Below are positions 28,801 to 40,800 of a stretch of 64,000 nt of DNA, one piece after another (position 1 is the stretch's first letter; each line of letters starts with the position of its first letter). The stretch lies in assembly GCA_051294905.1 (NCBI GenBank), contig CM119371.1, positions 31,436,001-31,500,000 of the forward strand, written 5' to 3'. Under the pieces are notes generated by a model. The model had not been told where the DNA came from. It did not search any database and saw only the letters and a list, made by a program, of their open reading frames with translations. The position numbers and the translations under genes were made by a program. This DNA is from Botryllus schlosseri. Taxonomy: Eukaryota.

Positions 28801-31800
28801 GTTTTCAACCTTGTTCCTCGCGGACCGGTAAAATTTCAAGAAATATTTGATGGCTTTAGTTCTTATACATCTGACTCATTGTCAGGATTTCCCAAATATC
28901 ATTGAATGCCTAATGATACTGCTAGGTTGTCCAGCAATTGCCGCATATCATAGTAATATCGCATCGTTAGTCGGAGGCCTAATTGCTAGAGGAATATCGT
29001 AGTCATAAAATGCCAAAACGCATACCATATTTAGTTGTGCAGAAGACAGCCACAGGCTTTGTTCGGATTTCATGAAATCGACATAGGCGCGGTAAAAGAT
29101 ACTTTCATCTACTGACCATCCCTTGGGTAACATATTTTCCAATATATTACCTGCTTGTCGGGTTAAGCTCCTCACTTCTCCGTTATCTATTTCAATGTGT
29201 AGAGCATTTTATTTGCGTATTTTATCACCATGGTGTTTAAGGTACCATGTCAAGAAAGTATTATATTTTCCATCTAATCACAGCTGTAATTTGTTTTCAT
29301 TGATTAGCAATTTCTTCACCCAAACCTAGCCTCAGCCGGTCTCAATATTTAGGCTTGTAAAAAAGCTTCAATCATTCATGCCTTGTATACGATCATTACA
29401 AAGTGAGGAATTACGGCATGTCGAGCATGTTTTGGCTGAGACGTCGCTGCTGTTGAATTTGACGGAAACAGAATTTAGCAAATGAATCATTAGTATCTAT
29501 TGATTATGCGGCTTGGAAGAAAAGAATATTTGATGACTTGAATATTGACTGAAAAATTTAGTTCCTAGTCAGGAGTAGTTCAATATTTTTCTTACGTCAA
29601 TTCATGACATTCAGAAAAGCTAAGGTATCCCTTTCAACACTGAAGTAGGGGGACACAGAGATTCCTCTATAATGTTTCTGCTGTGCATTTCAGATACGCA
29701 CTTGCATTGTACAATCCCGTCGCAAAACATGGAATTTGGTAGACATTGAGAACCATCCGAGCACGAGAATTCCCCATAGCTGCAGGTCGATCCTAAAACA
29801 TTTAATATGGGTGGGTATCATATTGGTTCCACTCACAAAATTAATATAGCACTATTTTAAGGTGGGGGTTCCAAACATATGGGCAGAGGTGACCAAAGTA
29901 GTCAAGAAAGCTACTCAAGTAGAAGTAGATGTAGCGACGAAATAATCTACTCAAGTACGATTACAAGTACTTCTTCCACAAGCAACTTAAAACTACTTGA
30001 AGTAGAAGTAGAATTGACTCACTTTAAATCTACTCAAGTAAGTAAGTAGTTATGAAAACGATCGTAATTCGTTCGCATGGATTGTCAAAAGTTGCAAATT
30101 GAGCTATGCGAAAGGTGTAGACCAGGGGTTCTCAACTTCGCATGTACAACGGGCCGCATTTTACCCACAAAAGACGCTGCGGGCCGCAAAAACATTATTA
30201 CCATGCATTTGTGAGCTTCTATCAAATTTAGACTACTGGAGCCTATTTATTAGTCGTATACGGGCGTCGAGTCCATTTTGTTTGCATTCCAAAGCATGAA
30301 TGGTCACTTGGACAGCGTTCGTAAGTTTTCAATCGCTGTTTTTGTGAGAATATGTATCTTCCGGCGTCGCAAGTAAATCACTTCATGGACCGTGCATTGC
30401 ATTCATTTCCAAGTCGGTATACGTACCTTATTATTATTATTACACGCGGAATTACTGTGACGCTTATCGCCGTTCAGGCCATGTGCGTCACAACACAGGC
30501 ACTTTTGTGCTACAACAGAGGCCATTATTTATTTGAGCTCTCAGTGAAATGAGAAGAAGTCTGGCGTTTCGGGGTCATTTCAGAGCAAACCAATCAACTC
30601 ATGTCCTTTCCTTCCATGGCTGGAGCCCTCCACCAATAGCTACATAAGTCAACTTTGTCAAGTTGATGTTTTTCGCTGGTCAGCTCCCCACGTTTGCCAT
30701 GCCAGCATTCCTTCTGCAAATATGTCCACTCTGACAAAATGTACCAAGAAAATTTGCTATTCAATGTCTGTGAAGTCGGTGGATTCGTCCAATGCTAGGC
30801 TAAAGTAGTATACGCGGCAACGTGTTTCAGAACATGCGATAAAATGTCGACGGGCTACTCTTCTGGTCACGGTGGAATCGGACAACTTTAGCTTCAAAAT
30901 TTGTCGGGTAATGTTGTCCTTGCTGCTAAGCAGTGTTTCCTCTAATTTTGACGAGTCTGCGCACACTCATCAACTTACTGCGCAGACCCTTGGACAACCG
31001 TGCGTAAAGACTAAAATAAAGGTCATCATTTCGGATTTTTGTGCGCAACTGTGCGCACAGATCGTGTCAGCACTGCGCATTTGTGCACGTGCCCAGTTTG
31101 GAGGAAACAATGCTGCTAAGTCCCGAAAACAGCGAATATTCGCACAGTAGATTAAAGTATTAGTGAAATCACACCTTCTCTAGCAGATTTCTTGGGTTTA
31201 GCGATATTCCAAAGCGTCTGTAACGTCGTCGGCAATTTTAATAATTCCTCGAACTACGGATTGCTGGGCTTGACGCCTAGGTCGTAGGTAGTAACGTTTT
31301 TTCCAAGATCAGGTGATATGTAACCTATGTAACCGCGGTGAGTTGGTGAGTGCACGCAGACAGACTAGTGAAAAATTAAAGGCCCATACCAATACTGATT
31401 CAGAACAATAACAATCTAAACTCGAGAAAATATCAAGAGACCAGAACACGTCAAAGAATGGGTATTCAAACGAAGCAGCGACGCTGCGATAAGAGAGCTT
31501 AGTAGCTAAATTAATATGCAACAATGCTGGGCCAGTAGTAATTGCTAGGGCCATTTAAAGTCATTAAAGTCATATTTTTTTCTATGCATCAGTAAGTCGT
31601 GAAATCAATTTTAACGCAAAAATCGCATCCATATGGGGTATATTAAGAAAGTTATAAAGTCATATAAAGTCATATTTTCCTGGTTAGGTCATATTTGAGT
31701 TATAAAGTCATATTGTTGTATACTTTAAATAAAATGTGTCAATTGAAGCAATTACGCACTAAGAAAGTAAGGCAATGTCTGATTGAACGAAGGCAAACTG

Positions 31801-34800
31801 TAAGGTTAGCCTACATAACATTACAGTCGCAGACCTATGAGGTCACACATTGCATTGTGTTGCTACACAATCTGTTTTACTTCTGTGCACTGAAGTGGGA
31901 CGTAATTTGAAGTTCAGAGCCTTTCACAAGTGTAAGAAATAGTCAACGCATGGGAAGCTGAAGGAGTTATTGTAAAGAGCGTCAAAGATTCAGTGAACGA
32001 TCCAAAGTTGACGAGTCAGTTAACAGAAATATGCCTCCACTATAACAATATTTCAAACTTGATACTGAAAATGGAGTTGTACGTACACTATCAAAGAGGC
32101 TCATGCTGATCAAAATGCTCTTGATTTCGGAAAAGATCCGCTTGAGCTCAAAAATTACATTAAGAAGCGATTGGAAAAAAACGACGTGAAACAAATTATG
32201 GAGCTACAAAGACACGACATTTCACCAGCGCTTTATGCAAATCTGCAGAAGTGTCAACAAACATCTGCGTCTGTGGAGCGCTCATTTTCCTTACAAAACT
32301 CATTTTTACGTCCAAATAGTAACTTTAAAGACTTCAACATTCCACACTATACATGAAACTGTACTACCAAACTGGTTAAAATAAAAATGGAAGTGTATTA
32401 CTGTTATGTTGTTCATGTTTTACTCGTCAGTTCCATGAGTGACGTTGGTTACATGTAAAAATACACGATTTTCGCATAAAGTCATATAAAGTCATATTTT
32501 CCCAAAAATAAAGTCATATAATTGATTTTTTAAGGTCATATAAAAATGGCCCTAGTAATTGCGTTCGCAATGAAAGAGGCCGCGGGCCGCAAAATAGACC
32601 TCTGCGGGCCGCATGCGGCCCGCGGGCCGCGGGTTGAGAACCCCTGGTGTAGACTGTAGAGCATGATTCATATTGATGCATACCAGGAGGTATCCAATTT
32701 TCGACAGCATAAGCATTCGTCAGCATCGTGGGATTAAAATGAAAGTATTGATATGGAAATGCTATAATAATCGTCTGTTTACTTGAACATCACGTTTTAG
32801 AAAATATCATGGTATGGCGCACTTCCCTATATTGTAAGGCACATAGTTGAGTCGAAGAGCAACGCGTAGAAGTTGTTTAGGATACGGAGTAAACCAGTCG
32901 TACCCAACTTTTTTCGTCTCATTGCCCCCTATTGAAGCTCCACACCAATCATCGCCCCCGAAATATTGGGAACCGAAAACTCTGCATACAAACTGGGGTC
33001 ACCGGCGAGTTGACTAATGAGAAAAAAGCTCATATTTTTGGTTCGACCTCGAAATTACACTATTACAGCTAAATTTTCGTAAGTTGACTAAACAAAGGTC
33101 ATTTTTCCGACTTGACTCCCATCAGGACCGTAACAGCAATTCGTCAGTCCCCTAAAAACACGTTGGTCTTGGGCCCCAATAGGGTGATAAACCAAACTTC
33201 AGACCCCCATCAACCACTGGACTTTTTGCCGTTACTATTTCATGTACTGTTTGGTGAGTCACAGTACGTCGCCTACACGCGCGAAAAGCGACAAATTTAT
33301 ATAATTCATGTTTGAATCGGTCAATATGGTCAGGAATTGCATATATATTGCTATCAATTTTTTATCCTCCCTCTGCTCACGTAATCAGATTTACCGGTAG
33401 AGCTGAGTGTGGTGTCTTGGTAAAGGTGGGACCCCTAAATAATAATTAAACATCTTCGGGCGGACCCGTTGTTATATTGAATTAGGTACATGATGCTATT
33501 TCGTGACCACCTATATCAGCTATGTCAAAAGATATGGAAATCGCCAAAATGTACCAAACTGAAAGACACACATGGTTTCAAATTTGTATTTCTTTAGTGG
33601 CATATAATTTTTTCCTTGCGGGGTGGCATATGTCCTGACGGGTTCAGCTCGTATGGACAGGAATATTCGACGCCAGCCATTGAGGTGCCTATGGACAATT
33701 AAAGATATATGTATATATATCGAAGTTTTCGGTCAGCACAAGGCCAAGGTCTTCTCGCTGCTGATCGTTCTGGCACACTGGTCGGAGTCTCGTGTTACAT
33801 TAACCATAACTTCATATGAATTGTTGCGTCGTGGCGCAGTAATGGCCGACGGCGAAGTCTCCATTTTCATAAACCATGGGTATTTTTGTTGGGAAAGGGT
33901 ACCCCAACGCGTAGAAATTTTACAATATGAAATCGCGCGCAGCACGAAAAATTTTTGAAAAAGTTGCGGGAATTTCTAAAAAATTACTCCATAATTTATG
34001 TTAATTCATGAAATAATTTTGGGTCCCTTTCGAGTTCGGTCCCCAATTGGGGGTTTAGGGTGCGGCAGTTAAGGACGTCACTCCAACATAGCCGTTTTAC
34101 CACCCCCTTGTTGTTTTCGCCTCCTATCGCTTCCTTCGTCCGTTTTCGCCCCCTATCGCCCCTTTCGTTATTTTCGCCCCCCCTAGACCGCCAAATAGCC
34201 CCCTGGGGGGGGGCGATATCGCCCACGTTGGGAACTACTGTTGTAAACACTTTGCGCGATTAGTAAAGGTTAATAAAAAATATGGTGGAACGTAAAAATG
34301 CCATGTTGTGTAGCTTTATTTCCGGAAATTAAAGGCATTACCACACCTGCTTTTATACATCAACATGTATGTTATCCAGAGAAAAGAAATGAAGTTATTA
34401 GAACTCAACGCATATGATACTGGGAATTGAAAGTGAAATATACGGTAATTACTATTTCTAGAAGCGGAAATGTATTTCGTGTCTTTAGTCCAGAAAGTTT
34501 CAAAGGTAGTATGCTAAAACAGCTGTAAAACTAAAAATAAAGTCAGAGTCCACTTTTGCAGATTAGGACACGGTATGGACTGGTAGATTGCGATATGATG
34601 AGTAAATACTAGATTGGGAAACATGAGTTTCAAGCGTTATGATGAGCTATATATACTGTGATGAAATATTTCATATTGGCGAAAGGCGATGACGCGGTGT
34701 GAGCGGAACCACGCCTACCCGCTACTTATATTATATAAAACTTTCGTGAAATCATACTGGCTACTCCTTATCCACTGAGCGCGAAGCGCGACGAAAGTTC

Positions 34801-37800
34801 TGGGCTTTACTTGACTCTTATGAAAATTAAATGTTGATACTCCGTGAAAACAGCCCCGAAATTCCTCAGGCTATCTTCCTAATTGGAGGACTAAATTACT
34901 TCTAATTGACAAGCTGGAAATAGCGAAAAGTAAGTAAGTAGATCACAAAATATTGCAGAGTAGAAGTAGAAGTAGCAAAAATCAAATCTACTTTAGTAAG
35001 TAACAGAAGTAGAAGAAAACTACTGAGTACTTCGAAAAAGTAGAAGTACTTCGTTACTGACCACCTCTGCATATGATCCACGCCTCAGAGCTGAATCGCC
35101 TGTATAAGCGGTAACGATGTTGCGAGACCTGGTTCGTGTGAGCATCATAACAATAGGTTGGTTATGAAGACGAACTTTAACACGTAGCCTACCTCTGACA
35201 ACACCGTTTCGTCATGTGTATGCGTGTACTGGAAAATGATTGGGGAATAAGTATTTTCCTAAACGCATTGGTATAATATTTACATTGTGCCGTTGTGCCG
35301 AAAATATTATGGTGGTAGAATCACTTTATCCAAAAGTGTAGATAGTACTAGCCAATGAGCTCGTCAACTGTTCAGACTACTTTCATGCACGAACAAGAGT
35401 ACCCCAACGTAACTTTTGAGTATATTTAATTTTATTGATAGATGCTGCATTCTGAAGCCCGTTGTCGAAATTAAAAGGAATCCAGATTGTTTGTTTCGAA
35501 GATTCGCTATTTTATTTGAATTTTTCGATTGGAGTACTATAGGAAAGCGCTTTTTGGCTTTCTTTCCAGCATCTGTCGGCATGGTAAAATATAATTGGTT
35601 TATTAGTAATCAATAATCGAGATAAGTTTGGTGCCATTAGTAAGATCAATCACACCGTTATAATTGGAATGTATCTTTTGAAATTTTAGAATACCTCGAT
35701 CGTAAAGCTTAAAGGTCAACTATATGACCAAAACAACTTCGGCAGATTCTGCTGTATTTTTCCCGCTGATTTCAATAACAGGTGTCTTAACTGCTAAAAT
35801 TAAGTATTTTCTGAGATATCGAACTGCAAAAGTCGCATAATGCCACCACCGGCAAAAGCACTAGTAAAATCGCTGAACCGTCTAATGCAGGACGGGTTTA
35901 GGTGCTGCTGCTGTAGTTTAGCCAATGGAGCAGGTTAATGTCAACATCTGCAGAGGATATTGGTATCAGCTGATTGCGTTGCACGGTGTAGGTAAATCTC
36001 ATTGTGACACCCGTGAGGAATTATCATGTAGAGGTAAGTCCTTGGATGATATATACGATTTGAGCGTCCTCGGACGACGAGAATACCCTCATGTAGAAAG
36101 TATTGGGCCTACATTTTCAAAACAATATCCGAAAATATTTAGGTTCATTTCGATATGACTATACTATTCAATTGTATATTGAAGCTATGTACCTCCAAGA
36201 AGCTGTTTAATACAATGGTATGCAAGGCATGTTATGTTTGCCAGTAATCAAAGCTTGGAGACTGATGCACATTAGGGCTCTTCAAAAATGACATTTTTTC
36301 TCAGATCGTACTGGCTACTTGATAAAATTGTTAGGTTACCTAATTTAAGCCTACACACAAAATTTGGTTCAATTCCAGCCAGTAACCGCTTTGCTACAGG
36401 AGAAGAAACTTTCTATTTATTATATAAAAATGAATAATAAAAAAATAAAAAATTTTCTGTTCACCCCATGAAAGTGTTAGGCTGTCAATAGAAACGATTC
36501 TCACAAAATTTGGTTCAATTCCAACCAGTGGAAGCGGAGTTATTGCCGTCGAAAAATTTGGATTTCAATGAAATAGTATTTACGGTGAGCACAACTATAA
36601 TAAATAAACAAAGAATCGGTCTAAATGACAGCAACCAATGATGACCATGACGGTCGTGTCATAACCAGGCCCATTTTGTTTACCAGAAGAACGGAAGATA
36701 TTGACATTTGATTATGAAAGGCTGTTGATCTCATGTATGTAAATAAGGTGTTTTCACTCATAATGTTAGATTTGTACTACTTATCTTCATTTTTGGTTGA
36801 AGTTGTTTGATCTAAAAAATCTGTATTTTATCGAACTCTGCACTTATGAAGAATTCCGGCAGTTCCATCACGCATTATGGCAGAAATAGTTTAAATTTGC
36901 TTTCCTACATTTTCGGGTCAAAAGTGTCTGTCCTTACTAAGTAGCTTGCCAAGAATGGAGAAAGAATGTTAAACAGAAGCAATTGTTGGCTGGCAACACC
37001 AAAGCTGTGCGTACACTACCGGTGCGTACAATGTTGTCGACTATATCATAATTTTTCATCATGTGCTTCCTAATATAAGAACCAATGCCCACGCAGTCTT
37101 GATTCAGTTAGGACAGTGGTTCCCAACCTTTTTTCATTAACGTACCATTTCGATATTTTATGCAGAGCTCGCATACCAAGTTACGCGCACATCAGTAGGC
37201 CTACTCTCACCGAAACACAGGCTGTTCTGATATCGTTCGAGACTTGGTTCTAGTACGCAAATCCATCTTATTAGCAATTCTTGAAAGTGATTGAGAGATG
37301 CGTGTCCTCTTCCGCGGCAAAACTTGGTATTGGGATCATAACTGATGTTGCTGTATCTCAACGGCGGCTCGTCGGATTTGTCTCTAAATGAAAATGATGC
37401 ATTCAATCGACGTTGTCTGGATTACCTGCAGTAATTTGCAAAGAGAAATTACCAAGATCCTAATGCTTGAACCTACAGCAATACAAAAAACTCGAAAAGA
37501 TTTAGTCGCTTGACTGCACTGTAGCCTGGTGGTTCCCAACGTTTTCGACTATACGCCTGCTTATCAAGCTCGACACATATTTCGCTCTCCAATATTTACG
37601 TATTCCAAAGAGGACACATTATGTCACATATATACGAGGAACTTATTCACGTAACTCCGATCGCTGGTGCATTGACTACTTTCCATTACTTGACCTTTTT
37701 ATAGTCAACTTTTTCGTCATATGCAGAATAAACCGTCTTCACGCGCATTTTATGACCATGGTAATTAAATATATCTCGTCGGAAGTTCTAATATCTATGC

Positions 37801-40800
37801 CCCATGTCCCCCCCGAGAGACTCTTCAGTATTTTCGCCCCCTTGTTTCCCAAGCCACTGCTGTAACCAAACAAGAAAATGACATTTGCCAAACCATTCTG
37901 TACGAAATTTTCTTCCTCGCCTTCATCAATCATAAATTGCATTATCTTTGTTTTGGATGATATGAGGACAGGTGACTTTCGAAAGTAGGGACATACTCCC
38001 TAGCGCAATGTCTACCATAAATGAATTAAAGGCATTCTATGTATTGAGATAAAGGTGTTATAGCCGTCCACGAAATCACCATGTTTTACAAAATGCAAAA
38101 AACATAGGACATAGACAAGATTTTGCAACTCAGCGCTCACTTATTCAGCGTGACATGTATTTATCGCTTTAAAAAATCCTGGGACATTTGCAAAGAAAAA
38201 AATCCACTTTTTCGAGGCATTCAAGTTGCTTTCATCCACTTGTATTACTTTAATTCAGCGCGTTCTCAAACTTCTTCGGACATGCCCCTTGGCGATAGTG
38301 AAGAAGTCCGTGCCCCCTCCTAACGTCATATCCGTAAAACTATTAAAAAGAGGAACCCGAACCCATCGCATAGTTTATGGCATGGAAGACTGTTGCGTGA
38401 CCTCTGAAATATGAAATTGACAATACACAAATGAAGAATATGAGCTAAAAGTAAATTGCGTAGAGCGCAAAAAGGTTTTCAGTGGAATATTTTGTCAAAA
38501 ATAATCATATGCAGGTAGCCCACACTTAAGCTTCACTCAGACCATAAGCTAAATAAGAAATCAATGGCGCGTCTCACACGCCATTCAAAATTGGCACTTC
38601 TTCGAGGAATAAACAACTACTGCTAGGCAAAAGTAATTCAAGTGAGTACTATTGCGCGGTAATAAAATGCGCTACTTAAGAACTGCATTCAAGGACATGT
38701 CTCCACATTGAGAATACTCGGACTAGTGGCTACCGAGACGTTGTAAATCGCTTCGAATTAAATCCTTGTTGAATAGTATATTCAAATTGAAATGAACCCG
38801 ATTATTTTCGGCTGATACTCGTCAGGGGTAATCGTCAGCAACTAGCAGAGAATTCAAAAGAACATTATTATGGGCAATCGTGTCACAAAATGAGACGTCA
38901 CCTGCATGAAATGCCGAATACGAGAGCGTTAAATGTACTATTTTTAGATGATACACGAACTCTTTTTGTTGGCAAGGCCTTGGCTAATGTATTTTGATTA
39001 AAGCCGACGCCAAGGCACACAAATGACAGTGTGAACGACGCTTTCCCAGTACGCGAAACCCGTCGTCTGAATAGTTTTTCGCATAGGCGGGATTATCCAA
39101 CAAGTGTTTGCCATTTACAGAATTTATGACCATTGCTTTTTCCATATCGATCTTGAGCGGGTGAGTCAAGGGAGAGCTTTTCACCGAGGATGATGCGCAT
39201 GTTTTAATGAGTCCAGGGACATACTGATTTATGCGTCCCTGCAAGCGCTTTGACGTCCTTCCCACGTAGCCACTATCACAGTGACACTTAAATTCTTCAA
39301 CAGAGCAACGTAGTTTACGAATTTAGGTGTCACTGTGATTGTAGCTACGTGTCCTTCATGAATTTCTGTTTCACACGACGCCACCAAAACATCTCTTAAC
39401 AGCAATATGTTTGTATCAATACGCTATTGGCAATTTGGCGATTAAAATGAGTTTGCACTGTAGGATATTTTATCTCAGAAGACCATTCGAATGATGTGAA
39501 ACTTGAAATCTCAGCAATTATGAAGCGAAACTGTCTCTTGCTTTCTCTAATTTAAAATATTACAAATTAGGTTATCAATTATTTTACAAAAAGGTTTCGA
39601 GGACCCCCTGAAAACGCCTCGCGGACCCCAGGTTGGGAACCACTGCTTTAGAGCAGTGGCTCCCATCCTTTTTTCTTCATTCCCCACTTCAGATTTATTC
39701 CAAGCCTTCATTCCCCACCAGGACCGTAACAGCACTTCCTCAGCCCCCTCCCCAAAGATATAACGTTGGTCTATGGCCCCACACATGGTGATAAACCCCT
39801 CAAACCCCCTAAGCCTGTACGCTCTCCCCCGTTATTTATCAGCTACATTGGGTCTACTGTTTAGTGCGTGGTATAATGACTTCGTTACATTTTGCTATTT
39901 CGTGACCTCCTATCTGGTATGGCAAAAGATATGAAAATCGCCAAAAACTAAAAGGCACACACGAATTCAAATTGGTATTGCTTTACTGGCAAATAATTTT
40001 TCCCTGCGGGATGGAATTTGTCATGTGGGGTACAGATAACCAGGATAGGAACATTCGGTGCCAGCCATTAAGCCGCCTATGCACAATTAAATATATAGGT
40101 ATATTGTATATGTATCGAAGTTTTCGGTCAGCACAAGGACATTCCTTCTCGGCCAAGCTCTTCTCGCTGCTGATCGTTCTGGCACACTTCTCGGAGTCGC
40201 ATGTTATATGGCCTATAACTTCATATGTCTTGGTACGTCGAAGCGCAGTAATGGCCGACGCCGAAGTCTCCATTTCTATAACATCTACGTATTTTCATGG
40301 GGCAAGGGTACCCAATATTCAATATAATTGGCAATATTAAATCGCGACCCCAGCGCGAGAAGATTTTGAAAAAGTGGCGTACTTTCTAAAAATACTCTAT
40401 AATTTATGTTAATTCACGAAATAATTTTGGAGCCCTTCGAGCTTGCCCCCCCCTCCCAATAGGGGGGTTTGGGGTGCGGCACTTACGGTCCTGCCCCCCA
40501 CTACCCAACACTTTTGTCATCACAGAGCAGCTATTTTCTGGTTTGACTACACAAGACACACAACCACACCATGCGGTACGCAAGACAATCGCCTACAGCT
40601 GCAACACGAAACGTATTGTGAACCGATACCAGTAACGGTCGAAATTTTGCGAAAACGTTATTTCACGTCAAACTAGTCGTGCTCGATGCATTAGCGATGC
40701 CATGATTGGCCATATAGAGTTAAAAATGAGGTTTTGTGAACAACACACAATATTATTTTCGATACATACAATCCAGAGCAGTTAACTGGCAACCAGGGTT

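Larger units (their letters stand above)
30123..32646 (-). mobile_element. Buster/GTF2IRD2-like hAT derivative
   Basis: TIR CAGGGGTTCTCAAC; perfect TSD GTGTAGAC; remnant LSDSTVTRRV...YFSLALDESTD (30757-30920). Confidence 0.85.
29884..35069. mobile_element. hAT-type element with CTACTCAAGTAG/AGTAGA subterminal repeats, hosting nested elements
   Basis: Termini CAGAGGTG / CACCTCTG; partial TSD CATATGGG/CATATGAT; related ends at ~180-300 and ~51170-51207. Confidence 0.7.

Noticed and set aside
35925..36158. Plus-strand Cys-containing ORF with a gtaagt donor
   Set aside because: No LDLa consensus, opposite strand, and no partner exons.
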